Part shown: positions 10,497 to 23,016 of the stretch, in pieces
Numbering within the stretch: the first letter of the stretch is position 1
How the letters are laid out: each line of letters opens with the position of its first letter
Assembly: GCA_963786135.1 (NCBI GenBank)
Contig: CAWAYF010000025.1
Location: 20,572 to 84,571, forward strand
Direction: 5' to 3'
Source: an uncultured Verrucomicrobiae bacterium
GTDB taxonomy: Bacteria; Verrucomicrobiota; Verrucomicrobiia; Chthoniobacterales; UBA10450
Length of the DNA stretch: 64,000 nucleotides
Translations under genes and position numbers: made by a program
Notes under the pieces: generated by a model
Told to the model about the DNA's origin: nothing
Databases searched by the model: none
What the model saw: the letters and a program-made list of their open reading frames with translations, nothing else

Positions 10497-11512
10497 AGAA
10501 TGCTTACGAGCGACTCGTCAGGCCGCTCCTCTTTTCGATTGATCCCGAGAGTGCGCACCATTTTGCGCTCGCTTGTCTGCGCACTGGCATCGCACTGTCG
10601 ATCCTGTTCTACGCGCGCTTGAAGCGCTTTCATCCTGAACCGAAGCCGAAGAACAGTTTTCGGGTCTTAATTTTCCGAATCCGATCGGCCTCGCCGCCGG
10701 ATTTGATAAGAACGGCGTTGCCCTGCCCGCTTGGGCGGCGCTCGGCTTTGGTTTCATCGAGATCGGCACCGTCACGGCCAGAGCGCAGCCTGGAAATCCC
10801 AAACCACGGATCTTTCGATTGACGGAACAAAACGCGTTAATTAATCGACTCGGCTTCAACAATGACGGCGCTGACACGATCGCGCAACGCCTGCAAAAAT
10901 TGAAGCGAAGCGGACGCTGGCCGGCCGTGCCGATTGGAATCAACATCGGCAAATCGAAAGTAACTTCGCTCGAGGACGCAGCCTCGGATTATCTCTACTC
11001 TTTCGAGCTGCTCCGAGAATTTGCCGATTACATCGTACTAAACGTCAGTTCGCCAAACACTGCCGGCTTGCGCCAGTTGCAAGGATCCGAAGCGCTCGGC
11101 GAACTGTTGCGCGCGATCGGCGAGAAAAATCTCATCACGCGTAAACCGATCGTCGTGAAAATCGCGCCCGACCTTGGCGCCGAACGATCTCGAACAAATT
11201 GTCGGTACGTGCGAAGCAAACAGAGTCGCCGCTATCATCGCAACTAATACAACGCTCGATCATTCCTCGATTCCGTCGGATCAGGATGAGCAAGGCGGGT
11301 TGAGTGGAGCGCCGCTGCGCGACAAATCCACCGCGCTGGTTCGCGCAATCGCCACGCAGTCGACAATTCCGGTCATCGCGTCGGGCGGAATTGTCGACGC
11401 CGAGTCGGCGCGCGAAAAATTCGAAGCCGGCGCGCAGCTAATACAGATCTACACCGGCCTGATCTATCGCGGACCTTCGTTGCTGCGCGAAATCTCGGAA
11501 GCGTTGAAATGA
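10493..11512 (+). CDS. pyrD: dihydroorotate dehydrogenase (quinone), two frame breaks
   Basis: Three ORF pieces (10481..10822, 10819..11247, 11174..11512) give [23 protein letters not shown]..., [11 protein letters not shown]..., [13 protein letters not shown]...IPVIASGGI...[14 protein letters not shown]. The ATG overlaps the mnmE TGA (ATGA). Confidence 0.85.
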
Positions 11513-12192
11513 ACTTGGCGCGAAAACTCGGCAAACTGGTGAGTCGAGAAGGTTACCGACGCGCCTGGCGACGCGCACAGCGTTCCATTTTCCGACTGCC
11601 GTTCGAGCCAGTGCTTGCCCGGGTCGATCAGAATCGGCTGCGCGAAATTCAAAAACGCTATGCGGGGTCCAAATACGCCAACGTCGACAAGTGGCTGCGG
11701 GTCAATCGTGAACGCGTCCAGGATTTGAAATTGCATCGCTGCCCGCCGCAACGCGTTCTCGATCTCGGCTGCGGCGGCGGGTATTTCCTCTTCATCCTAA
11801 AACGTTTCAATCATTCTGTGCTCGGTCTTGATGTCGATCGGTCGAAACTTTTCGGCGAGTTGCTCGAGGCCTTCGGCGTGTCCCGCGTTGTTTTCGAAAT
11901 AAAACCGTTGCAGCTGCTCCCCGATCTTCGCCAGCAATTCGATTGGATCACCGCATTCTCGATCGGCTTTGATCGCGACCATGAAACCAATGGGCGATGG
12001 GGAACCAAGGAATGGGATTTTCTGCTGCGCGATTTACAATCGCGACTCGCGCCCGGCGGAAAAGTCTATCTGGCGCTTAATCCGCTACCGAGCGGGGAGT
12101 ATTGGACGTCCGAACTGCATGATTTCTTTGTGAGTCGTGGCGCCGATATCGAACGCGAACGCATTTTTTTCGGAAACGGACTTCGCCTCTGA
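11509..12192 (+). CDS. class I SAM-dependent methyltransferase, unknown substrate
   Basis: Intact 227-aa ORF with SAM motif I VLDLGCGGGYF. Its start overlaps the pyrD stop. A paralog lies at 35706..36321. Confidence 0.65.
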   Translation: MNLARKLGKLVSREGYRRAWRRAQRSIFRLPFEPVLARVDQNRLREIQKRYAGSKYANVDKWLRVNRERVQDLKLHRCPPQRVLDLGCGGGYFLFILKRFNHSVLGLDVDRSKLFGELLEAFGVSRVVFEIKPLQLLPDLRQQFDWITAFSIGFDRDHETNGRWGTKEWDFLLRDLQSRLAPGGKVYLALNPLPSGEYWTSELHDFFVSRGADIERERIFFGNGLRL

Positions 12193-12261
12193 TCACAGCG
12201 TCGAAATCTTCGAGACGCGCGAACGCCCCCTGGGCCGCGAATCGTTTCAGGAGGGAATCAA

Positions 12262-12435
12262 ATGTTGAAATGGGCTTTTATATTTCTGGTTATCGCGCTG
12301 ATCGCGGCCTTGCTCGGATTTACCGGGATCGCTTCGGCCGCGGCCGGCATCGCGAAGTTCTTGTTCTTCCTGTTCCTGGTGGTATGCCTGATCTTCTTCA
12401 TCATCGGCATATCAATTGGGAAAAAGGTGATGTGA
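12262..12435 (+). CDS. DUF1328/UPF0391 family small membrane protein
   Basis: Not in the ORF track (57 aa). Manual translation gives [57 protein letters not shown], which matches the conserved DUF1328 N-terminus. A GAGGGA Shine-Dalgarno sequence lies 6 nt upstream. Confidence 0.8.
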   Translation: MLKWAFIFLVIALIAALLGFTGIASAAAGIAKFLFFLFLVVCLIFFIIGISIGKKVM

Positions 12436-12495
12436 CCTGATTCCAGGTCTGCGCGCTGGAACGCGACACGTCCGCGAGAATGGCAAGGCTTGGAA

Positions 12496-12885
12496 TTATT
12501 TACCCGTCCACGGTTTCCACGGCAGGAGCACGTTTTTCGTGCGCAATCTGCACTTGTCGCTCACCATCGTGAACGTCAGCTTGTCCTGATCGCGATTAAA
12601 TTTGTAAACGCCTTCTCCCTTACAGGATTTCGGGGTGTGCGATCCACGCGACTCCTTAATCGTGATGGTGTCGTCAGCTACAGTGTATTTGCCCCAAACG
12701 CTCGGATGATTGCTGTTGTTCAGTGCAACTTCAAAAGTGCCGTCTGCCTTGAGCGCCCAAACCGTGCCCAGCGCATTTGTCCAGGTCCCGACGAGCGAAT
12801 TTTGCGGGGCTTCTTGGAACATGGCGCACCCGGCGAGGAGCGCGATTGCGGTCAACGCGACAACGATCGAAATCCGTTTCTTCAT
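12496..12885 (-). CDS. hypothetical lipoprotein
   Basis: Internal start MKKRISIVVALTAIALLAGC carries a lipobox (LLAGC). The ORF track extends it to 12951. Confidence 0.5.
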   Translation of the reverse strand: MKKRISIVVALTAIALLAGCAMFQEAPQNSLVGTWTNALGTVWALKADGTFEVALNNSNHPSVWGKYTVADDTITIKESRGSHTPKSCKGEGVYKFNRDQDKLTFTMVSDKCRLRTKNVLLPWKPWTGK

Positions 12886-12974
12886 GCCTCGATGCTGTCT
12901 GTGACGGACTCTCTTTTCAAGCAAAGAACAGCGCATCGTCTTTACTGACATGCCTCCCAGCTTAAGTTGCAGTA

Positions 12975-14024
12975 ATGGCGATTTCAGAAGAACAGGTGCG
13001 AAAGGTTCTGGGCACGGTCCGATATCCGGGGTTTAGCCGCGACATCGTTTCGTTCGGCTTGGTCAAAGGTATCAACATCGACGACGGCGAAGTGAAAGTG
13101 CAGCTCGCGCTGGCCACCAACGATCCGAACATTCCCGCTACGATCAAGAGCGATGCCGAGAAAGCTTTGGGTGCGTTGAACGGCGTTCGCGCCGCAAAGG
13201 TTTTAATCGACATCCACGCACCACCCGCCGGCGCCGGCGCGACTGTCGGCGCCACGCGCATCCCTGGAATCAAACACGTCATCGCGATCGCGAGCGGAAA
13301 AGGCGGCGTCGGAAAATCGACCGTGGCGGCGAATCTGGCGGTCGCGCTTGAACAAACCAAGGCGCGCGTCGGTTTGTGCGATTGCGACATTTACGGTCCG
13401 AGCATTTCGCTCATGTTCGGTATCGCGCGAACGGCCGATCGCCACCGACGAAAACAAGATCATCCCGATCGAGCAGTACAACTTGAAGTTGATGTCGATG
13501 GGATTTCTGCTCGACGACACGTCGCCGGCGATCTTGCGCGGACCGATGGTGACGCGTTATACGCAACAATTTCTTGCGGCAGGTCGAGTGGGGCGAACTC
13601 GATTTTCTGGTGCTCGATCTGCCGCCCGGCACCGGCGACATTCAGCTGACCATCGTGCAAACGGTCGCGCTTGTCCGGCGCAATCATCGTCACCACGCCG
13701 CAGGAAGTGGCGCTGATCGATGCGCGCAAAGCGGCGACCATGTTCGAGAAGGTCAACGTGCCCGTGCTCGGCTTGATCGAAAACATGAGCTACTTCGTTT
13801 CGCCGTCCGATGACAAGCGCTACGACATCTTTCGGCAGCGGCGGCGGCGAGCGCGAAGCGAAACGACTGCGCGTTCCGTTGCTCGGCCAGATCCCGATCG
13901 ACATCGCAACGCGCGAAGCCGGCGACCGCGGCGATGCCGATTGTTGCGCGAAGATCAAGCAATCTCCTGTGGCGAGTGGAGTTTACGAAAATTGCTGGCC
14001 GAATTCGCGAAGCGCTTAGCTTGA
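12975..14024 (+). CDS. apbC: Mrp/ApbC/NBP35 iron-sulfur cluster carrier ATPase, four or more frame breaks
   Basis: N-terminal DUF59-like [30 protein letters not shown] and P-loop [20 protein letters not shown]. Later pieces lie in other frames ([18 protein letters not shown]; [19 protein letters not shown]; [17 protein letters not shown]...GLIENMSYF; LLGQIPID). The exact 3' end is uncertain. Confidence 0.8.
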
Positions 14025-14188
14025 ACTCGCGATTCGCCGCGCAAAATCTAAATAGGTATGGCCGATGCTACGTCATACTTGTGAACGAGTTATCGGTTTC
14101 TGATTGACCGGTTCTCGTTTTTATGGAAAAAAGCGGCTGAGATGCCGCCTGTCGGCAAGAGGAAAAATCGCAGTTCGTCAAGAACTCC

Positions 14189-14371
14189 GTGCTCTACAAG
14201 GAGTTCCTGGCCGAGCGCGAGGAGATTTTGAAACACAAGTGGATCGAGAGCGAAAAAGCCGGCAAAGACATCGGCTTTGAAAAAGCGCTGCTCGATTGGA
14301 TCGTGAAACATCGCTCCAATTGGCGAGCGAAGCGAATGAAGGAGGCTCGCACAGAAAAGGCAGCCTCCTAA
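14189..14371 (+). CDS. small conserved hypothetical protein
   Basis: 60-aa ORF (GTG start) with HKWIESEKAGKDIGFEKALLDWIVKH. It is followed by hairpin GGAGGCT...AGCCTCC (14341..14368) spanning its stop. It is antisense to a less plausible 122-aa ORF. Confidence 0.45.
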   Translation: MLYKEFLAEREEILKHKWIESEKAGKDIGFEKALLDWIVKHRSNWRAKRMKEARTEKAAS

Positions 14372-14380
14372 ATTTTGTAC

Positions 14381-14413
14381 TCCTTTAACGCGATCCAGTG
14401 AGGTCGCGAAGGA
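14381..14413 (+). promoter_or_regulatory. PyrR-box-like hairpin occluding the pyrR ribosome-binding site
   Basis: TCCTT-TAA-CGCGA-TCCAGTGAGG-TCGCG-AAGGA. The loop resembles the PyrR binding consensus (A/G)UCCAGAGAGG with one mismatch. The 3' arm AAGGA (14409..14413) is the likely SD, 5 nt before ATG 14419. Confidence 0.5.
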
Positions 14414-14418
14414 TGTAA

Positions 14419-15901
<1,483 letters not shown>

Positions 15902-15905
<4 letters not shown>

Positions 15906-17185
15906 GCGCGACCATCATTCGCAACGGCCGTATCATCGATCCGGCGAACAAGCGCGATGAGATCGGCGATCTTGCCATTGTCGACGGCAAGATCGCTGAA
16001 CTTTCCGCAATCTGCGATCCGAAATCCGCAATTGAAGAGATTGACGCAAAGGGTCTGATCGTCGCGCCGGGTTTGATCGACATCCACGTGCATCTGCGCG
16101 AGCCGGGATTTGGTCACAAGGAAACGATCGAGTCCGGCGCGCGCGCCGCCGCAGCCGGCGGATTCACGACGATTGTCTGCATGCCGAACACGTCGCCGGC
16201 CGCGGACAATCCGGCACGATCGCCTGGATCAAGGATCGCGCAGCCGAGGCGGCGTGCGTAAATGTTCTGCCAACCGGCGCGATCTCGAAAAATATCGCGG
16301 GCGAAGAACTGGCGCCGATCGGTTCGTTAGGCCAGGCCGGCGTGGTTGCGATCACCGACGACGGTCATTGCGTTCAAAATCACGAGTTGATGCGGCGCGC
16401 GGTCGAGTATGCGCGCATGGTTGGATTGCCGGTGCTCGATCATTGCCAGGATTACAATCTGGTCGGCAACGGCGTGGTTCACGAAGGCTACTGGAGCACG
16501 CTGCTCGGCTTGCCCGGCTGGCCGGCCGCGGGCGAAGAAGCGATCGTGATGCGCAACATTTTGCTGGCGGAACTTTGCGATCATCACATTCATTGCCAGC
16601 ACATCAGCGCGGCCGGCAGCGTGCGGCTGATTCGCGAAGCGCGAGCGCGCGGCGTGAAAATCAGCGGCGAAGTTTGTCCGCATCACATCGCGCTGACCGA
16701 CGAAGCGATCCAGAACTTCGATACGAATTACAAAATGAATCCGCCGTTGCGATCGCAGACCGACGTCGATGCAATCCTCGAAGGAATCGCCGACGGCACG
16801 TCTGTCGATCCTGTGCTCGGATCATGCGCCGCATGCCGAATTCGAAAAGGAAGTCGAGTTCGATCAGGCGCCGTTCGGAATCGTCGGACTCGAAACGGAG
16901 CTCGGTTTGTTCATCGATCTGCTCGTCCACAAGCATCGCAAGATCGACATTACGCGTTTGATCGAGATGTATACGATCGAACCGGCGAAACTCTTGAAGC
17001 TCGAAGCCGGAACATTATCGGTCGGCGCGCCGGCCGATGTCACGCTGATCGATCCGAATCTGGAATGGACCGTGCAAGTCGATCAATTTCAATCGCTCTC
17101 GCGCAATTCGCCGTTCGACGGATGGAAATTGAAAGGCCGCGCGGTGCGAACGATCGTCGGCGGGAAAACGGTTTGGAAATTGTGA
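15902..17185 (+). CDS. pyrC: dihydroorotase, two or more frame breaks
   Basis: [16 protein letters not shown]...[15 protein letters not shown]...TTIVCMPNT, then ITDDGHCV...CPHHIALTD...KMNPPLR (ORF 16342), then DHAPHA...FGIVGLET...[16 protein letters not shown] (ORF 16769..17185). Confidence 0.85.
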
Positions 17186-17256
17186 GCTGTGGTGGCAGCC
17201 ATCGCCGGCTGCAGATTTGAAGGCGATTGCAGGCGAGACGCCTGCCTTCACAGAGA

Positions 17257-17716
17257 TTAACCGCTGAATAGCCGCCGCTGATGTAGCTTTCCAGATGCGC
17301 GATCGTCGCGCTTTGGCAGGCGATCACGTGCTTGACCAGGTCGCCGATCGAAATCACGCCGATGACTTTGCCGTCCATCGAGCACCGGCAGATGACGGAA
17401 CCGTTTGTCGGTCATCACGCGCAAACATTCTTCCACGCCTTCGTTCGGATGCGTCACGGTCAGGTTGGTCGACATGATCTCGGAGACCTTCGTTTCGGAG
17501 GATTTCTTGCCGCGCAACATTACCTTGCGGGTGTAATCGCGCTCTGAAAGCATTCCGACGAGCTTGTCTCCTTTCATCACCAGGAGCGCGCCGACATTTT
17601 TCTCATCCATCATCCTGACGGCATCGTCGACGCACATCTCCGGGATTACTGAAAAGATCTCCGCAGGCTTTTGCCCGAGGATCTGCGCTGATATTTCCGC
17701 TGACGTCCATAAATCC
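17257..17716 (-). CDS. CBS-pair domain protein, one frame break; both ends approximate
   Basis: ORF 17257..17832 contains VDDAVRMMDEKNVGALLVMKGDKLVGMLSERDY...VTHPNEGVEECLRVMTDKRFRHLPVLDG. The second CBS half (KVIGVISIGDLVKHVI) lies in ORF 17040..17378. Confidence 0.65.
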
Positions 17717-17815
17717 AAAAATCGCGGAACTCTAAAATACAACAGCACGCGTCGCCTAGGCAAAGGAAATTCAGAGTGGCGCACCCGTGCCGGCGAGAAG
17801 AATCCTTCCGCGAAC

Positions 17816-19149
17816 CTAGGAAGACAGCGCAAATTTTCGGTCGATCAAGCGCTGCAGATGGTCCCCGATGGCCGGTTGATCGAGACGCTGAATGACTTCA
17901 TTCAAGAAGCCGGTGACGAGCAGACGCTGGGCGACTCTTGGCGGAATTCCGCGCGAGCGCAGATAAAACATTTCGTCTTCGTTGATCTGACCGGAGGTGG
18001 CGCCGTGGGTGCAACGGACGTTGTCGGCCAGAATTTCCAGACCGGGCATCGAGTTCGCTTCGGAATCGTCGCTCAAGAGAAGGTTGCGAACTTTTTGATA
18101 GGCATCGGTGAAATGCGCATGCGGTTCGACCCGGATCAGTCCGCCGAACGTGCAACGCGCCTTATCGTCGAGCGCATTCTTGTAAAGCAGATCGCTCGCG
18201 GTGCGCGGCGAAATGTGGTCCTGCAACGTGCGCGAATCGAATTCCTGATCGTTGGTCGCGACCGAAACCGCGAGCATGTCGCTGCGCGCGCCTTCACCGA
18301 CTAGCCGGCTCAGACCTTCGAATCGCGAGTAACGCGCTCCGAGATTCAAATTCAAACTCATCGCCGACGCGTCGTGATCGACAGTGGTCGAGTTCATTTG
18401 CAACGCGATCACTTTGCTGGCCCCATTCCTGCGCGCAAACATAAGTAACTTTCGCGCCCGGACCGGCGATCAGATCGTTCACGCCACAGGCGAAACCCGC
18501 GCGCTTGCTGATCACACGAGCGAAAATGTTCGATCACAGTCACTTTCGCCAGCTCGTCGGTAACGAGAAGCAAGTGCGGAAAGATCGACATGTTGTCGTG
18601 CGCGCAACCAGTGAAAGATCTCGATCGGCAGTTCGATCTCGACGCCACGCGGCACGAAAAGAAACGTTCCATTTGAAACCAGCGCCTCGATGCAGCGCGG
18701 CGAACTTCGCCGAACCGAGCGTTGCTTCGGTCGACATGAAATATTTTCGGAAAAGATCGGCGTGCTCGACCATCGCGCGCTCGAGCGGTTGAAAAATCAC
18801 GCCGCGCTTTTTCAGATCATCGGAGACGACGTTACGTTCGACCAGTTGATCGTTCGCGAAAATCATGCGACCGGCTACTTCGTCGAGACCGCTCGAGTAT
18901 TTCAGGATATTTTTGCGGTCGTCTTCCGAAAGTGGACCCGGAATTTCGAATGCGCGACAGATCGAGAAGATCGACATTGGAGAAACGCCAGGGCTGATCT
19001 TTGCGTATCGGACGCGGAATCGATTCGAATTTCTTCCAGGCCGCCAGCTGTTGTTCGCGAAACCAATCAGGCAAGTCACCGCGACTCAACCAGGCCCGAG
19101 AGGATCCCGAGAGGACTTTAGATTGCTTCTCCTGTGTAACTGACGGCAT
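17816..19149 (-). CDS. sufD: Fe-S cluster assembly protein SufD, three or more frame breaks
   Basis: The N-terminal piece is ORF 18832..19149 and the middle pieces are ORFs 18540..19079 and 18409..18672. The C-terminal piece, ORF 17816..18442, has the SufD-typical ...LSDDSEANSMPGLEILADNVRCTHGATSGQINEDEMFYLRSRGI. Confidence 0.8.
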
Positions 19150-19180
19150 GTCGATTTTTGCGGCAAACCGCCGCTCGGCG

Positions 19181-20594
19181 TTAACCGACCGAGCCTTCCA
19201 TCTCGAGCTCGATCAAACGCTTCAGTTCGACCGAATATTCCATCGGAAACTGGCGGACGAGATCGTTAACGAATCCGTTCACGCTCAAGCTCATCGCCTG
19301 CGCTTCGGTCAAACCGCGCTGCTGCATGTAGAAAATTTGTTCGGCGCTTACCTGGCGAGACGCTCGCTTCGTGCTGGACTGCGTTGCCGGTTCCGCGAAC
19401 GGTGATTGCCGGATAGGTGTCGGTCCGTGAAGTCGCGTTAATCAGGAGCGCGTCACATTCGGTGTTGTTTTTGCAATTCTTGAGATGCTTCGGCACGTGG
19501 ACGAGCCCGCGATAGGTCGCGCGGCCTGTGCCGATCGAGATCGACTTCGAGATGATGTTCGATGTCGTTTCGTCGGCGGCGTGAATCATTTTCGCGCCGG
19601 TGTCCTGGTGCTGGCCGTTGTTGGCCAGCGCGATCGAGAGCACTTCGCCGCGCGCTTTGCGGCCTTTCAGTACCACGCCCGGATATTTCATGGTCAGACG
19701 CGAGCCGATGTTGCAATCGATCCACTTGATCTCGGCGTCTTCGTGCGCGAGGCCGCGTTTGGTGACCAAGATTGAAAACGTTGGCCGACCAGTTCTGCAC
19801 GGTGATGTATTGGATCTTGGCGCCCTTGAGCGCGACCAGCTCGACCACCGCGCTGTGCAGCGTGGCGGTCTCGAACTTCGGCGCGGTGCAGCCTTCCATG
19901 TAAGTCACTTCGCTGCCTTCGTCGGCAATGATGAGCGTGCGTTCGAACTGGCCGAAATTTTCCGCGTTGATCCGGAAGTAAGCCTGCAGCGGATGTTTCA
20001 CCTTCACGCCGGGCGGCACGTAAATGAACGAGCCGCCGCTGAACACCGCCGCGTTGAGCGCGCTGAATTTGTTGTCGCCGATCGGGATGACCTTGCCGAA
20101 CCATTTCCGGAAAATTTCCGGATGATTTTTCAGTCCCTCGGTCGAACCGACGAAAATCACGCCCTGTTCGCCGACCGCTTTCTTGATGTTGGAATAGACC
20201 GCTTCGCTGTCGAACTGCGCTTCGACTCCGGCGAGAAATTTCCGTTCCTGCTCCGGAATGCCGAGCCGCTCGAATGTGCGCTTGATGTCTTCCGGCACTT
20301 CTTCCCAAGTGCGCTTCGGCTGCATCGCCGGACGCGAGGTAATAACGGATTTTGTCGAAATCGATCGCCTCGAGATCCTTGCTCGCCCAATGCGTCGGCA
20401 ATGGTTTCTCCAGAAAAGTTTTCAGACCGCGAAGACGGAATTCACGGACCCAATCCGGATCTTCTTTGACGTCGGAAATGTAGTGGATGGTTTTCTCGCT
20501 CAACCCGCGCCCGGCGTCCTTGGCGTAGGCGACGTCGTAATGAGAAATCGCCGATGCTGCGATCGATATTAACGGCTTTGGTTTCAGTTTTCAT
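19181..20594 (-). CDS. sufB: Fe-S cluster assembly protein SufB, three or more frame breaks
   Basis: Manual start MKTETKAVN... at 20594. The pieces are ORFs 19694..20503, 19453..20325 and 19266..19769, plus a terminal segment ...[45 protein letters not shown] ending at TAA 19181..19183. Confidence 0.85.
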
Positions 20595-20602
20595 TATCGG
20601 TC

Positions 20603-21370
20603 CTATCTAGTTACTGCCATCTCGCCGGCGTCTTCGCGCGCCCAATCGTAACCGCGCTCCTCCAGTTCGAGCGCCAGTTCTTTTCCGCCGCTCCGCACGA
20701 TCCGCCCCGCGACCATGACGTGAACGTGATCGGGCACGATGTAGTTCAAAAGTCGTTGATAGTGCGTGATCAAAAGAATGCCGAGCTTCGGGCCGCGCAT
20801 CATGTTCACGCCGCGAGCGACGATCTTCAGCGCGTCGATGTCGAGACCGCTGTCGGTCTCGTCGAGCACGGCGTATTTGGGCTCGAGCATCGCCAGCTGC
20901 AAAATCTCGGTCCGCTTTTTTTCGCCGCCGGAAAACCCTTCGTTGACCGAGCGCGAGGTAAATGAGCGATCCATTCCGAGCAGCTCCATTTTTTCGTAAA
21001 GCTTTGCGTAGTAATCGGTGGCTTCGAGCTCTTCGCCTTCCGGCAAGCGCGCTTGCAACGCCGCGCGCAGAAAATTCGCGATGGTCACGCCCGGAATTTC
21101 GCTCGGATATTGAAACGCGAGGAATAGACCTTTGCGGGCGCGCTCGTCGGGCTCCAGCGCGAGAAGATCTTCGCCGTCCATCGTGACTTTGCCTTTGGTC
21201 ACCTGATAATCCGGATGGCCGGCCATCACCTTGGCCAGGGTGCTCTTGCCGGAGCCGTTCGGCCCCATGATGGCGTGCACTTCGCCCGGCGGCACGGCCA
21301 GCGTCAGACCACGGACGATCTGCTGATCGCCAATGGCGACATGGAGGTTCTCAACGCGAAGCTCGTTCAT
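20603..21370 (-). CDS. sufC: Fe-S cluster assembly ATPase SufC
   Basis: Intact from internal Met [22 protein letters not shown]... with Walker [10 protein letters not shown], signature FSGGEKKR and Walker [10 protein letters not shown]. The 38-codon upstream extension in the track is unlikely to be coding. Confidence 0.9.
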   Translation of the reverse strand: MNELRVENLHVAIGDQQIVRGLTLAVPPGEVHAIMGPNGSGKSTLAKVMAGHPDYQVTKGKVTMDGEDLLALEPDERARKGLFLAFQYPSEIPGVTIANFLRAALQARLPEGEELEATDYYAKLYEKMELLGMDRSFTSRSVNEGFSGGEKKRTEILQLAMLEPKYAVLDETDSGLDIDALKIVARGVNMMRGPKLGILLITHYQRLLNYIVPDHVHVMVAGRIVRSGGKELALELEERGYDWAREDAGEMAVTR

Positions 21371-21514
21371 AAGCAGGATAAAAAATATAAGCCGATTCGG
21401 GGTGATTGCGAATCGGATTTGAGCATTTTGACGCCCGCATGTGCGCGCCAATCTGGCGCAGCTTCTTCTTATAATTCCCATCACCAGGCACTCCGATTGC
21501 TCAGATTAGACCTT

Positions 21515-22243
21515 GTGAACTCCGACGAGAAAGACCCCAGTATTACCGATAAACCGCTTTTGAAAGAGGACGTCTCGAAAGCGACCAGCGAGTTAAACAA
21601 CCTGCTGCAGATCATTTCTGGCACTACCACTGAAATCGCCAACATGAGGCAAGGAGGCGATGGTTCTGACCAATATCTCTCAATGCTTCGGACGAGCATT
21701 CAACGAGCCGAAGCGGTCGCAGGTCAATTGGCTGAACAAGCCGGCGCTACCCATCAAAAAGTTGCGATGCATCCGCAGCTTTCGGGATTTGTGAAATCGA
21801 AAAAAGTCGCCGAGATGCCGGTGGCCAAACCGCAAATTCTCGTAGTCGACGATGAAGAGATGGCGCTGATGTTGGTCAAACAACTTTTGACCACGTCCGG
21901 ATACCAAGTTACTACCGCCCAGTCTGGATTTGAGTGTCTCGATTTGTTCCGGCGCCGGCCACTTATTTATCAGCTGGTCCTGCTCGATTTGACCATGCCA
22001 TTCATGGACGGTGAGGAAACTTTTCATCGTCTGCGGGAGATCCGGCCTGATGTGCCGATTCTGCTTTGCACGGGCTTCATTCAGAACGAACGGCTGGAAC
22101 GCTTGATGAGTGCCGGCCTATCCGGTTACTTACGAAAGCCGTTCGCGCCGGACGAGATCGCCAGCCAGGTGAAAGCAATTTTGGAGAGTGCAAAATACTC
22201 TGGAATGGGCGGATTTGGCGGCAATTCTTCGCTGGCTGGTTAA
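21515..22243 (+). CDS. response regulator (CheY-like receiver) with helical N-terminal region
   Basis: Receiver domain ILVVDDEEMALMLV...LVLLDLTMPFMDGEETF...PILLCTGF...GYLRKPF. The track ORF starts at 21215 inside sufC. GTG 21515 (or TTG 21497) is the first plausible start after the divergent promoter. Confidence 0.7.
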   Translation: MNSDEKDPSITDKPLLKEDVSKATSELNNLLQIISGTTTEIANMRQGGDGSDQYLSMLRTSIQRAEAVAGQLAEQAGATHQKVAMHPQLSGFVKSKKVAEMPVAKPQILVVDDEEMALMLVKQLLTTSGYQVTTAQSGFECLDLFRRRPLIYQLVLLDLTMPFMDGEETFHRLREIRPDVPILLCTGFIQNERLERLMSAGLSGYLRKPFAPDEIASQVKAILESAKYSGMGGFGGNSSLAG

Positions 22244-22350
22244 GACGATTCCGGAGACTGAATTCAGGTCACTTCATGTAGTCGGACGCACCGCGGCGAC
22301 GACTAGTTGTCCTTTCACGTGACGTCGGCGTAGCCCGAAGATTTTTCGAG

Positions 22351-22369
22351 GTTATTCTTGGTTCGAATC
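22351..22369 (+). repeat. decayed third copy of the tRNA-Gln variable/T-arm segment
   Basis: GTTATTCTTGGTTCGAATC versus GTTATTCTTGGTTCGAGTC in the tRNA (one mismatch). The flanks do not fold into a tRNA. Confidence 0.5.
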
Positions 22370-22409
22370 GTTGCGCTTTCACCCAAAACGGACAATCTAG
22401 GTAGTCCGT

Positions 22410-22483
22410 TGCCCTGTGGTGTAATGGTAACACAGCGCCCTTTGGAGGCGTTATTCTTGGTTCGAGTCCAAGCGGGGCAGCCA
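22410..22483 (+). tRNA. tRNA-Gln (anticodon UUG)
   Basis: Hand-folded 74-nt cloverleaf: acceptor TGCCCTG/CGGGGCA (U1:A72, G73, encoded CCA), D arm GTGT-AATGGTA-ACAC, anticodon arm GCGCC-CTTTGGA-GGCGT, 4-nt variable loop, T arm CTTGG-TTCGAGT-CCAAG. Confidence 0.85.
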
Positions 22484-22752
22484 TCCAAATTCCCCTCTAA
22501 TTCTCGCGCTAGGAAGAAGATATGTCGCAAATGCGCGATTTGGACTTTGCGAATGGAAACGCACAAAAATGCAGTCTATTCGTCAACTATTCGGCACAAC
22601 ATTTTGAGCGGTGAAACCGTTTTGAACTCTGATGGAACGCGAACCTGTTCCAGCCTGCTGACTCGTTGAGTTGAAACAACTGATCCAGAATCAGTCAATC
22701 TTTCACAAATCCTTGCGCAAGTGGATCGATTAACGCCCGATCCCTCGAGAGA

Positions 22753-23001
22753 TTAGTCCAACGCGGCGGATAAACACTCCGCAATGCCTAGAAACGTCGC
22801 AAGCGCAGCCCACCGAGGAAGCGCGCAATCGTTGACGACGGCAGGCCGCCCTGCTGCCTGCCCGCTGAGCAGACGAACGTCGCGAATTACTTCAGTCACC
22901 CGGGCTTGCTTTCTTTCCGCGGCCAGCACGACGGTGACGACCATGATCACGGAAAGACTGACGACGGCAACGAGACTTAATTTTGGATGCAATGTTTTCA
23001 T
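22753..23001 (-). CDS. membrane-anchored FecR-N-terminal-like fragment protein
   Basis: 82 aa with a TM helix (LSLVAVVSLSVIMVVTVVLAA), followed by ARVTEVIRDVRLLSGQAAGRPAVVND. This repeats the start of the FecR-like domain of ORF 28405..29235 (ARVSQVFRDVSLLRSNAAASPASLND). The remainder is not FecR-like. Confidence 0.45.
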   Translation of the reverse strand: MKTLHPKLSLVAVVSLSVIMVVTVVLAAERKQARVTEVIRDVRLLSGQAAGRPAVVNDCALPRWAALATFLGIAECLSAALD

Positions 23002-23016
23002 TACGGTCGTCGCCTC

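Noticed and set aside
21215-21514. A 100-codon N-terminal extension of the response-regulator ORF, and the 38-codon extension of sufC (21371..21484).
   Set aside because: The two extensions overlap each other and the opposing gene on the other strand. The conserved protein sequence starts only after the internal start codons.
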